Positions 44,646-52,922 of a stretch of DNA of 52,922 nt are shown here, one piece after another. The stretch lies in contig JANMLN010000059.1 of NCBI GenBank assembly GCA_031372565.1, forward strand, positions 1 to 52,922, read 5' to 3'. The translations under genes were made by a program, and so were the position numbers. A model generated the notes under the pieces. That model saw only the letters and a program-made list of their open reading frames with translations. It had not been told where the DNA came from and made no database searches. Each line of letters starts with the position of its first letter. The first letter of the stretch is position 1. This stretch comes from Gemmatimonadota bacterium (GTDB lineage Bacteria > Gemmatimonadota > Gemmatimonadetes > Gemmatimonadales > Gemmatimonadaceae).

Positions 44646-46157
44646 ATGGCCGATCGCATTCGTACCCGCTTTCTCGTCATCGGGAGCGGCGTGGCCGGGC
44701 TCCACTCCGCGTGGCGCGCCTCGCAGAGCGGCGACGTGATGGTGCTGACCAAGCGCGCGCTGTTCGATAGCGCGACCGCGTGGGCGCAGGGGGGCATTGC
44801 CGCCGCCTTGGGCGCGGGCGACTCGCCCGAGCTGCATCGTGACGACACGCTCGCTGCTGGCGCCGCCCTCTGCGACGCGGCGGCCGTGGAAGTGCTCGTC
44901 GAGGAAGGCCCTGCGCGCGTGCGCGAGCTGCACGCGGCCGGCGCACGCTTCGATCTCGATCCACGCGGCCGCCTCAAGCTGGGCAAGGAAGCGGCGCACT
45001 CGCGCTCGCGCATCGTGCATGCGCAGGGCGACCAGACCGGCGCGGAAGTGCAGCGCATTCTCATGGCGCGCGTGCGCGAGTCCAAGCGCGTGGAGGTGCT
45101 CGAGTACGCACGCGTGCTCGAGCTGATCATGCAGGACGGCGTCTGTGTGGGGGTGCGTGCGTCGGTGGGCGGCAAGGCGGTGGAGATCATTGCCGACGCC
45201 ACGGTGCTGGCGGCGGGCGGGTGCGGGCAGCTCTACCGCTACACGACCAATCCCGTTGTCGCCACGGGCGACGGCTACGCCATCGCGCATCGGGCCGGGG
45301 CCAAGCTCGCCGACATGGAGTTTGTCCAGTTCCACCCGACCGCGTTGGAGACGACGGAGAATCCGCTCGCCCTGATCTCAGAGGCGGTGCGTGGTGAAGG
45401 GGCGCGCCTGGTGAACGATCGCGGTCAGCGCTTCATGACGAGCAAGCATCGGCTGGCCGAGCTGGCGCCGCGCGACATCGTGGCGCGGGAGATCTTCCGG
45501 CAGAGGCAGGCCGGAAGTCGCGTATATCTCGATGCGCGCAAGCTCGGGCGCGGCTTCCAGCGGCGTTTCCCGGGGATCTTCACCATCTGCCGCGCGCGCG
45601 GCATCGATCCCGCCACCGATCTGATTCCGGTGACGCCCGCCGCGCACTACATGATGGGCGGTGTCATGGTGGACCTCACGGGCCGGTCGAGTGTGCCGCG
45701 GTTGTACGCGGTGGGCGAGGTGTCGCGCACGGGGGTGCATGGCGCCAACCGGCTGGCGAGCAACTCGCTGCTCGAGGGCTTGGTGTTCGCGGAGCGCGTG
45801 GCGCGCGACTTGGTGACCACGCCCAAGCTCCCGCTCTTGCCGCGCAAGGGGAGCTGGACCGTGCCGGTGCTCACCGATCGTGGCGCGGCGCAGGTGGCGG
45901 CCGATCGCGTGCGGCAGCTCATGTGGGAGCACGCCGGCATCGACCGGACGGCGCGCGGGCTGCGTGACGCGCTCGCGCAGCTGGAGGAGATCGACGACCG
46001 GCTGCCGGTGGGCGCGACGGAAGAGGCGAACATGGTGGAGACGTCGCGGTTGATCGTGAACGGCGCGCTGATGCGGAAGGAGAGTCGCGGAGGGCACTAC
46101 CGGAGCGACTTCCCGCACCAGAAGCGCAAGTGGAAGGGGAAGCACATCGAGTGGTAG
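44646..46157 (+). CDS. nadB: L-aspartate oxidase
   Basis: GSGVAG, WAQGGIAA, QFHPT, LISEAVRGEG, HGANRLASNSLLEG; context with nadA and nadC. Confidence 0.95.
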   Translation: MADRIRTRFLVIGSGVAGLHSAWRASQSGDVMVLTKRALFDSATAWAQGGIAAALGAGDSPELHRDDTLAAGAALCDAAAVEVLVEEGPARVRELHAAGARFDLDPRGRLKLGKEAAHSRSRIVHAQGDQTGAEVQRILMARVRESKRVEVLEYARVLELIMQDGVCVGVRASVGGKAVEIIADATVLAAGGCGQLYRYTTNPVVATGDGYAIAHRAGAKLADMEFVQFHPTALETTENPLALISEAVRGEGARLVNDRGQRFMTSKHRLAELAPRDIVAREIFRQRQAGSRVYLDARKLGRGFQRRFPGIFTICRARGIDPATDLIPVTPAAHYMMGGVMVDLTGRSSVPRLYAVGEVSRTGVHGANRLASNSLLEGLVFAERVARDLVTTPKLPLLPRKGSWTVPVLTDRGAAQVAADRVRQLMWEHAGIDRTARGLRDALAQLEEIDDRLPVGATEEANMVETSRLIVNGALMRKESRGGHYRSDFPHQKRKWKGKHIEW

Positions 46158-46230
46158 TGGAGTGGAGCGCGAGTGGAAGGGCGCCCTCACCCCCGCCGTA
46201 CCCCCACCCCGCCCCCGCTACATTCCCCCC

Positions 46231-47238
46231 ATGGCCACCACCGCCGCCCCCACCAGCGTCGCTGAGCTCCAGCACGCCATCCGCGCGCTCGCCAAGACCA
46301 AGCGCGCCGTCGTCCTCGCGCACAACTACGAGCGCGCCGAGGTCCAGGATGTCGCCGATTACGTCGGTGACTCGCTCGGCCTCTCCCGCGAAGCCGCCAA
46401 GACCGAAGCCGACGTGATCGTCTTTTGTGGCGTGCACTTCATGGCGGAAACAGCGGCCATCCTGTCGCCAACCAAGAAGGTCCTGCTTCCCGATCTCGCC
46501 GCCGGCTGCTCGCTCGCCGACACCGTCACGGCCGATCAACTCAGGGCGTGGAAAGCCGAGCATCCCGGCGCGGTCGTCGTGTCGTACGTGAACACCACCG
46601 CGGCGGTGAAAGCCGAGAGCGACTGGTGCTGCACGTCGGGCAATGCGGTCGAGGTCATCAACGCCATCCCGCCCGAGAAGGAGATCCTCTTTCTGCCCGA
46701 CATGTTCCTTGGCGCGCACGTGCGACGCGTGACCGGGCGCGACAACATCCACGTCTGGATGGGCGAGTGCCATGTGCATGCCGGCATCGATCCGGAGCAT
46801 ATCAATCGCCAGCGCGCGGCATACCCGGGCGCGGAGTTTCTCATTCACCCGGAGTGCGGCTGCGCCACGAGCGCGCTCGATGCGGTGAGTGCAGGCGCCG
46901 TGTCGGCCGATGGCGTGCACATCCTCTCCACCGAGGGGATGATCCAGCGGCCCGCGCGGTCCGACAACGACACCTTCATCGTCGCGACCGAAGTCGGCAT
47001 CCTGCATCGCCTCCGCAAGGCGAATCCGACCAAGACGTTCATCGCGGCGAGTGAGCAAGCCGTCTGTGGCTTCATGAAGGTCACCACGCTCCCCAAGGTG
47101 CTGCGCTCGCTCGAGACGATGACGCACCAGGTCACCGTGCCCGCCGACGTGGCCGCGCGCGCGCGACAGGCGCTCGACCGCATGGTATCGGTGGGCGGGT
47201 CCAAGGCCGCGCCGCCGCCGCGCGACCCCGGCGAGTAG
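46231..47238 (+). CDS. nadA: quinolinate synthase
   Basis: LAHNY, GDSL, VFCGVHFMAE, AGCSLA, YVNT, HPEC. Confidence 0.96.
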   Translation: MATTAAPTSVAELQHAIRALAKTKRAVVLAHNYERAEVQDVADYVGDSLGLSREAAKTEADVIVFCGVHFMAETAAILSPTKKVLLPDLAAGCSLADTVTADQLRAWKAEHPGAVVVSYVNTTAAVKAESDWCCTSGNAVEVINAIPPEKEILFLPDMFLGAHVRRVTGRDNIHVWMGECHVHAGIDPEHINRQRAAYPGAEFLIHPECGCATSALDAVSAGAVSADGVHILSTEGMIQRPARSDNDTFIVATEVGILHRLRKANPTKTFIAASEQAVCGFMKVTTLPKVLRSLETMTHQVTVPADVAARARQALDRMVSVGGSKAAPPPRDPGE

Positions 47239-47254
47239 CCGCGCGGAGCGCTGC

Positions 47255-48184
47255 ATGCCCATGCGCGACGATACCCCGAGCCGCCCCTCGCGGACGATCA
47301 CGCCGCTCTCGACCCCGGCCGTCGCAGCGCCGGGCCCACTGCGCTTCCCGCTCTCGCCCGAGGCCATGGCCACGCTGGTGCGCGGCGCGCTCGACGAGGA
47401 TCAGGCGCATCAGGACCTCACGTCGATCGCCACGATCCCGAAAGAAGCGCGAGCGCGGGCGCGGCTCGTCGCACGCGGGAGCGGCGTGCTGAGCGGCGTG
47501 GCGCTCGCCATCGAGGCCTTTCGACAGCTGGATGCCAAGGTCACCGTGCGCGTGGACGCCGAGGACGGCGCGCGGCTCGAAGCGGGCACGAGCATCCTGT
47601 ATGTCAGCGGACACGCGCGCGGCATCCTTGGCGCCGAGCGGGTCGCGCTCAACTTCGCGCAGCGACTGTCTGGCGTGGCGAGCCTGACCGCCAGGTATGT
47701 CGACGCGGTGACCGGCACGGGCACGCGCATTCTCGACACGCGCAAGACGACCCCCGGCTGGCGCCATCTCGAGAAGTACGCCGTGCGCTGCGGTGGCGGC
47801 ACCAATCACCGCATGGACCTGGCCGCTGCGATCCTGATCAAGGACAACCATCTTGCGGCGCTGGACGGCGACGTGAGGGCGGCCATCGATCGGGCGCGCG
47901 CGCTCGCACCGGCCGGTATCACGGTGGAGCTCGAGTGCGACACGCTGGCGCAGGTCGATGCCGGCCTTGCCGCGGGCGCCGACATCCTGCTGCTCGACAA
48001 CATGCCGCTCGACCTGATGCGCGAGGCCGTGGCGCGCGTGGGCGGCCGAGCGCAGACGGAAGCGTCGGGGGGCGTGCGCCTCGAGACGGTACGCGCCATC
48101 GCGGAGACTGGCGTCACCTTCGTGTCGGTGGGGGCCCTCACGCATTCTGCGCCGGCGCTCGATCTGGCACTCGACTTCGAGTAA
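47255..48184 (+). CDS. nadC: nicotinate-nucleotide diphosphorylase (carboxylating)
   Basis: DTRKTTPG, NHRMDL, LIKDNH, LLDNM, EASGG, VGALTHSA. Confidence 0.96.
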   Translation: MPMRDDTPSRPSRTITPLSTPAVAAPGPLRFPLSPEAMATLVRGALDEDQAHQDLTSIATIPKEARARARLVARGSGVLSGVALAIEAFRQLDAKVTVRVDAEDGARLEAGTSILYVSGHARGILGAERVALNFAQRLSGVASLTARYVDAVTGTGTRILDTRKTTPGWRHLEKYAVRCGGGTNHRMDLAAAILIKDNHLAALDGDVRAAIDRARALAPAGITVELECDTLAQVDAGLAAGADILLLDNMPLDLMREAVARVGGRAQTEASGGVRLETVRAIAETGVTFVSVGALTHSAPALDLALDFE

Positions 48185-48199
48185 GGGGTAGCCACGGGG

Positions 48200-49444
48200 A
48201 TGCGCCGCGTCCTCTTGAGCCTCGCCCTGAGTCTGCCCGTCGTCGGGCTCTCGACGAACGCGCATGCCCAAGCCGACACGATGCAGGTGCGCGCCTTGGC
48301 ATGGTCGGTCGAAGTTGGCGCGGGTTCGGCGCCCAATGACCTCGACCTGCCGCTCAACGGCACGCTCGTCCTGCTCGGCGCGCGCTGGGAGCGCTCGATC
48401 GTGCGCACGGGGCGGCTGTCCGTCAGCTTTGCGCCCGAAGTGATGCCGTATGCGAGCCTCCGGGGCGCGGTCCGGTCGGTGAGCACGCAGGGTGGTATCT
48501 GCCAGCTCGTCTGCCCTCCGCTCGTCATCAACGTCGTGCGCACGGACGCGACCGGCATTGGCGTGGCGCCGGTCGCGCTCCGCGCCGCGTGGCGCGTCAC
48601 GGATCGTGCGACGGTGACCGCCTCCACGCGCATGAGCGCGCTCCTTCTCGACGAGCGCGCGCCGTTGCCGGCCTTCGGTGCGCCGACCTACATGCTGGAC
48701 GCGTCGCTCGGCGTGCGGCTGGGCGTGAGCGATGCCATGAGCCTCAACGTCGAATGGGTGCGCGCGTCGATCGCCAACGGGAACTTCATTCTCGACGATC
48801 GCGCGATGAAGACGTCGGGCGTCCGACTCGGGCTGTCGCGCACCAGCGTCGCGCAGTACCCGCGCATCACCCGCGACTCGGCGGGCACCTTCACGACGGG
48901 GTGGGTGCTCTCTGCTGGCGCGGGTGCCTTCTCGCCGCTCATCGGCTTTCAACGCGGCGCACAGATGTCCACCGTCGCCTGGCACTGGGAGCGCGTGATC
49001 GCGGGCGATGCCGACCTCGCGCTCATGGCCGGCGTCGAACTGCTGCCCCTCGTGCTGGCCCGCGCCAACAAGCTGGTGTTGCCCGGGCGCGCGCGCTGCA
49101 CGCTCGGCCCCTGCCCGGTCATCGACAGCTACGAGACACCGGCCGTCGGCGCTGGGCTGTCGCCCATCGTGCTGCGCGTGCGCGGGGTGCTCGCGCCACG
49201 GGTCCACGCGTGGACCGAGACCACGGCGGGTGGCGTGGCGTTCGACCGACCGTACCCGGTGCGCGATGCCAACCGCCTCAACTTCCTGCTGAGCGTCGGC
49301 GCCGGGGTGAGCGTGGGGCTCAGCGACACGCGCGCGCTTGCGGTCGGCTATCGGTTCCAGCACCTGTCCAACGGCTTCACCGCGAGTCGCAATCCCGGCG
49401 TGAACTTCCACGCGCTGACGCTCGGGTTGCAGCTGCTGCGCTGA
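48200..49444 (+). CDS. outer-membrane protein with two acyloxyacyl-hydrolase/PagL-like repeats
   Basis: Signal peptide; C-terminal LNF...GYRFQHLSNG...NPGVN PagL-type motif; internal duplication. Confidence 0.7.
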   Translation: MRRVLLSLALSLPVVGLSTNAHAQADTMQVRALAWSVEVGAGSAPNDLDLPLNGTLVLLGARWERSIVRTGRLSVSFAPEVMPYASLRGAVRSVSTQGGICQLVCPPLVINVVRTDATGIGVAPVALRAAWRVTDRATVTASTRMSALLLDERAPLPAFGAPTYMLDASLGVRLGVSDAMSLNVEWVRASIANGNFILDDRAMKTSGVRLGLSRTSVAQYPRITRDSAGTFTTGWVLSAGAGAFSPLIGFQRGAQMSTVAWHWERVIAGDADLALMAGVELLPLVLARANKLVLPGRARCTLGPCPVIDSYETPAVGAGLSPIVLRVRGVLAPRVHAWTETTAGGVAFDRPYPVRDANRLNFLLSVGAGVSVGLSDTRALAVGYRFQHLSNGFTASRNPGVNFHALTLGLQLLR

Positions 49445-49502
49445 GCCTGCCGGGCGCGGTCGAGCGTCAGGTTAGATTGCACCTCGCCTCTCCCGCTCAC
49501 GA

Positions 49503-50918
49503 ATGCCCGATCTCTTCGCGGCGCGCGCCCAGATGGCGACGTCGCTCGCCTTCCACATCATCTTCGCCTGCATCGGCATCGCCATGCCGGTCCTCATGGT
49601 CATCGCCGAATGGCGGTGGATGCGGACGGGCGACCCGATCCAGCTCGCGCTCGCCAAGCGCTGGTCCAAGGGCACGGCGATTCTCTTTGCCGTGGGCGCG
49701 GTCTCGGGCACGGTGCTCTCGTTCGAGCTGGGGTTGCTCTGGCCCGGCTTCATGGAGTTTGCCGGCGCGATCATCGGCATGCCGTTCTCGCTCGAGGGAT
49801 TCGCCTTCTTCACCGAAGCGATCTTCCTTGGCATCTACCTCTACGGCTGGAACCGGATCTCGAAGGGGGCGCACCTGTTCTCGGGCGTGCTCGTGGCCGT
49901 GTCCGGCGTTGCGTCGGGTGCCTTCGTGGTCATCGCCAACGCGTGGATGAACGCGCCGGTGGGGTTCGAACTGCTGGCGGGACGACCGATCAACATCGAC
50001 CCGATCGCCGCCATGATGACGCCGGCCGCGATCCCCGAGGCGCTGCACATGACGATCGCGGCCTTCGTGGCCACGGGGTTCGCCGTCGCGGGAATCCACG
50101 CCTGGTTCGTGCTCAAGGAGCCGGAGAATCCGTTCCACCGCCGCGCGCTGCCGATTGCGCTCTGGATCGCGATCCCGGCCGGGCTGCTGCAACCGTTCTC
50201 GGGCCACATGAGTGCCGAGTTCGTGGCGCGCAACCAGCCGGCAAAGCTCGCCGCCATGGAAGCGCTCTTCACGACGCAGCGGGGCGCGCCGCTCCGCATC
50301 GGAGGCTGGCCCGACCCGGAGACGCGCACCGTCTCGCTCGGCGTCGAGATCCCGCGCGGACTGTCGTTTCTCGCGTTCGAGGACGTGAACGCCGAAGTCG
50401 CCGGCCTTGATCGCGTGCCGCGCGCCGACTGGCCCAACGTGCGCGTGGTCCACGTGGCGTTCCAGATCATGGTGGGGCTCGGCAGCTATCTCGCCCTGGT
50501 GGCGCTGTGGGCGCTGGTGCTGCGGCTGCGCGGACGCGCGGTGCATACCTCGAAGTGGCTGCTGCGCGCGCTCGTCCTCGGCTCGCCGATGGGGTTCATT
50601 GCCGTGGAAGCGGGCTGGACGGTGACCGAAGTCGGCCGGCAGCCGTGGATCGTGAACGGGATGGTCCGCACCGCACAGGCCGTGACGCCGATGCCGGGTC
50701 TGGTGATTCCGTTCGCGGTGTTCACGCTGCTCTACTGCTTCCTGGGCGTCGTCGTCGCCGTGTTGCTGTGGCGTCAGATCGTGCGCACGTCCCCCATGGG
50801 GGAGTTCATGGCGACGTCGGAGTTCCGCGTGCTGCCGCTCGACGGTCGTCCCTCCGGGTCCGCGGCCGCGGTGCGGCCATCACGGCGCTCGCGTGCCTTC
50901 GAGGGGCTCGGCGAGTGA
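49503..50918 (+). CDS. cydA: cytochrome bd ubiquinol oxidase subunit I (short Q-loop type)
   Basis: AFHIIF, EGFAFFTEA, ANAWM, QPAKLAAME, GWTVTEVGRQPW. Confidence 0.96.
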   Translation: MPDLFAARAQMATSLAFHIIFACIGIAMPVLMVIAEWRWMRTGDPIQLALAKRWSKGTAILFAVGAVSGTVLSFELGLLWPGFMEFAGAIIGMPFSLEGFAFFTEAIFLGIYLYGWNRISKGAHLFSGVLVAVSGVASGAFVVIANAWMNAPVGFELLAGRPINIDPIAAMMTPAAIPEALHMTIAAFVATGFAVAGIHAWFVLKEPENPFHRRALPIALWIAIPAGLLQPFSGHMSAEFVARNQPAKLAAMEALFTTQRGAPLRIGGWPDPETRTVSLGVEIPRGLSFLAFEDVNAEVAGLDRVPRADWPNVRVVHVAFQIMVGLGSYLALVALWALVLRLRGRAVHTSKWLLRALVLGSPMGFIAVEAGWTVTEVGRQPWIVNGMVRTAQAVTPMPGLVIPFAVFTLLYCFLGVVVAVLLWRQIVRTSPMGEFMATSEFRVLPLDGRPSGSAAAVRPSRRSRAFEGLGE

Positions 50919-50964
50919 TGCGACCCGCCGTGCGCGACGCGTCGGTCGTCGCCGGACGCGACCC

Positions 50965-51990
50965 GTGAGCGGCCTCGGCCTCGCCGACGTCCTCGCGGGA
51001 CTCATGGTGGCGGCACTCACCATGTACGTGCTGCTCGGTGGTGCCGACTTCGGCGGTGGTTTGTGGGACCTGCTCGCGAGCGGCCCACGAAAGGCCGCAC
51101 AACGCGAGCTGGTGGCCGATGCGATCGGGCCGATCTGGGAAGCGAATCACGTCTGGTTGATTCTCGTCGTGGTGATGCTCTTCTCGTGCTTTCCGCCGGC
51201 CTTCGCCCGGTTCAGCACGCTGCTCCACATTCCGCTCGTGATCATGCTCGTCGGGATCGTGCTGCGCGGTTCGGCGTTCACCTTCCGCACGTATGACAGC
51301 CAGCGTGATGACGTGCAGATCCGCTGGGGACGCACCTTCGCGATTGCCAGCACGCTGACCCCCGTGATGCTCGGGGTGTGCGTGGGGGCCACGATTTCCG
51401 GGGACCTCGGCGCGGTCCGCATCGACGCGAGCGCGTACGACATCTACGTCGCACCGTGGTGCACGCCGTTCGCCTTTGCGGTGGGCGCCCTGACGCTCGC
51501 GCTGTTCGCCTTCCTGGCGGCCGTGTACCTCACCGTCGAGGCGCTCGATGATGGGCTTCGCGAGGACTTCCGGACGCGGGCGCTCGGTGCGGGCGGCGCC
51601 GTTGGCGTGTTGGCCTTTCTCGTGCTGGTGCTCGCGCGGTCATCCGCGCCCTTCCTGTGGACGCGGCTGGCGTCGGAGCAGTGGGCGCTGGCCATCCATG
51701 GCGTCACGGCGCTGGCGGCGCTCACGGCGTTCTGGGCCCTCATCACGCGGCGCTGGCGCACGGCGCGCTTCGCGGCCGCGCTGCAGGCGACCTGCGTCGT
51801 CTGGGGATGGGCATGGGCACAGTTCCCGTACCTGCTGCCACCCGGCATCACCATCGCCGACGCGGCGGCCCCCGAGGCAACGCTCCGGCTCGTCCTGATC
51901 GGGCTCTCGGTGGGGTTCGTGGTGCTGGTGCCGAGCTTCTGGTACCTGTTTCGGGTTTTCAAGCGGCAGCCCGGTCCTCTGCCAGAGTAA
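50965..51990 (+). CDS. cydB: cytochrome bd ubiquinol oxidase subunit II
   Basis: YVLLGGADFGGG, IGPIWEANHVWLI, LRGSAFTFR. Confidence 0.95.
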   Translation: MSGLGLADVLAGLMVAALTMYVLLGGADFGGGLWDLLASGPRKAAQRELVADAIGPIWEANHVWLILVVVMLFSCFPPAFARFSTLLHIPLVIMLVGIVLRGSAFTFRTYDSQRDDVQIRWGRTFAIASTLTPVMLGVCVGATISGDLGAVRIDASAYDIYVAPWCTPFAFAVGALTLALFAFLAAVYLTVEALDDGLREDFRTRALGAGGAVGVLAFLVLVLARSSAPFLWTRLASEQWALAIHGVTALAALTAFWALITRRWRTARFAAALQATCVVWGWAWAQFPYLLPPGITIADAAAPEATLRLVLIGLSVGFVVLVPSFWYLFRVFKRQPGPLPE

Positions 51991-52009
51991 GTCGATGGCA
52001 CCGGACAGG

Positions 52010-52038
52010 TTGCACTCGGGCGTGGTGTGCATCACAAT
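52010..52038 (+). promoter_or_regulatory. sigma70-type promoter, leaderless
   Basis: TTGCAC-17 nt-CACAAT, 6 nt before ATG 52045. Confidence 0.55.
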
Positions 52039-52044
52039 TCCCGC

Positions 52045-52704
52045 ATGACGGCGCCACGGGCTTCTGATCCCCTGCTCAACCTCGGGGAACTGACGGACGA
52101 TCCTGCGATCAGCGCGCAGATCGAACAGGGGATCGCCGAGGTCATGGCGGAGCAGCAGCGGCAGGCGGCGGCCAAGGGCGAGAAGAAGGACAAGAAGGAC
52201 AAGGACAAGAAGGAAGGGCGCAAGAACGACCTCCTCAAGCTGATTCACGAGTATCAGCGCCGTTGCATCGAGTTCGCCGACCGCAAGGCCACGTTCATCG
52301 TGTTCGGCGCCAACGCCTTCGCGTCGTTTCTCGATCGCTCGAAGGGGCTGCGTGATGCGCGCGAAACGTCGTTGGCCGAATGGACGGTGAGCATGTGGAG
52401 CGGGGAGCTGGCGATCGGCTTTCTCGCGCTGGCCGGCTTCACGGCGCTCTGGGTGATCATCCCGCGCATCGCACGGAACGTCCCCAAGGGGGCGATCTAC
52501 TGGGAAGCGATCCGCAAGTACGAGTCGCAGGACGAGTGGGTGAAGGCGATGGCCGACTTCACCGAGGAGGACACGCAGCGGATCGTGCTGCGGGGCATCT
52601 ACGACTTGGCCGGCATCAACGTGAAGAAGTACCGGCTGCTCCAGATCGCGACGTGGGTCGGCGGTTTCGGCATGGGGTTCGCGTTGGTGCACATCGCGCT
52701 GTAG
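52045..52704 (+). CDS. Pycsar effector-like (PycTM/DUF5706) transmembrane protein
   Basis: IEFADRKA + TM, TM + IIPR, AIYWEAI, LAGINVKKYRLL + TM: motif order of the PycTM/DUF5706 family. Confidence 0.72.
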   Translation: MTAPRASDPLLNLGELTDDPAISAQIEQGIAEVMAEQQRQAAAKGEKKDKKDKDKKEGRKNDLLKLIHEYQRRCIEFADRKATFIVFGANAFASFLDRSKGLRDARETSLAEWTVSMWSGELAIGFLALAGFTALWVIIPRIARNVPKGAIYWEAIRKYESQDEWVKAMADFTEEDTQRIVLRGIYDLAGINVKKYRLLQIATWVGGFGMGFALVHIAL

Positions 52705-52716
52705 TCAGCGCGCACC

Positions 52717-52785
52717 GTCGTCCTGGGCACGCCGCTGTCATCCTGGGCACGCCATTGTCATCCTGAGCACAACATTGTCATCCTG
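52717..52785 (+). repeat. 20-bp tandem repeat (about 3.5 units) built on the REP 5' arm
   Basis: GTCGTCCTGGGCACGCCGCT / GTCATCCTGGGCACGCCATT / GTCATCCTGAGCACAACATT / GTCATCCTG. Confidence 0.85.
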
Positions 52786-52922
52786 GACTTGCCCGTGTTT
52801 AGTGGACACCTAACCGCCCCCGCCACAGGTTGGGGCACGGAGGTGTCCGATGTCCAGCAAGCGAGTGCGCCGGGTCTATAGCGCGGAGTTCAAGCGCGAG
52901 GCCGTCCGGCGAATGCAAGAGC
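52784..52922 (+). mobile_element. IS3-family element, left end (partial)
   Basis: 5'-TGGACTTGCCCGTGTTTAGTGGACAC terminal IR-like sequence; GGAGG RBS; OrfA follows. Confidence 0.85.
52850..52922 (+). CDS. IS3-family transposase OrfA, N-terminus (partial)
   Basis: MSSKRVRRVYSAEFKREAVRRMQE, typical HTH_Tnp_1 start. Confidence 0.88.
   Translation, partial: MSSKRVRRVYSAEFKREAVRRMQE

Noticed and set aside
52180..52215. AAGGAC short tandem repeat
   Set aside because: Simply encodes the low-complexity KKDKKDKDKK tract; unit lengths keep the frame, so no sign of phase variation
52717..52785. 20-bp repeats as a CRISPR array
   Set aside because: Units are contiguous with no unique 25-45 bp spacers, and no cas genes are present

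Overview
High-GC bacterial chromosomal segment; the many Hanks-type Ser/Thr kinases, the TolB-amidohydrolase and the PIG-L protein suggest Gemmatimonadota (inference). The left half (1-25 kb) is accessory-like. It holds a Na+/solute symporter with a small partner ORF, a divergent porin / cupredoxin / Cache-HAMP Ser/Thr kinase cassette, two more intact Ser/Thr kinases and one truncated copy interleaved with four toxin-antitoxin-like pairs (AbrB-Doc, Phd-VapC, two small protein + nucleotidyltransferase pairs), secreted hydrolases, several gene remnants, and a four-gene operon of a putative di-heme b561-like protein, a membrane protein and two Tat-exported Rieske proteins. The right half is mostly housekeeping: sucA, PIG-L deacetylase, solute-binding protein, ndh, PAS hybrid kinase plus ANTAR regulator, DEAD-box helicase, BMP-type ABC transporter plus MFS, nadBAC, a tandem PagL-like protein and cydAB. 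It ends with an orphan Pycsar-type transmembrane effector and the left end of an IS3-family element inserted in a REP-derived tandem repeat. A ~30-bp REP-like palindrome family recurs, and several genes look leaderless. No rRNA, tRNA or CRISPR array was seen. All family calls come from motif recognition by eye, not from database searches.
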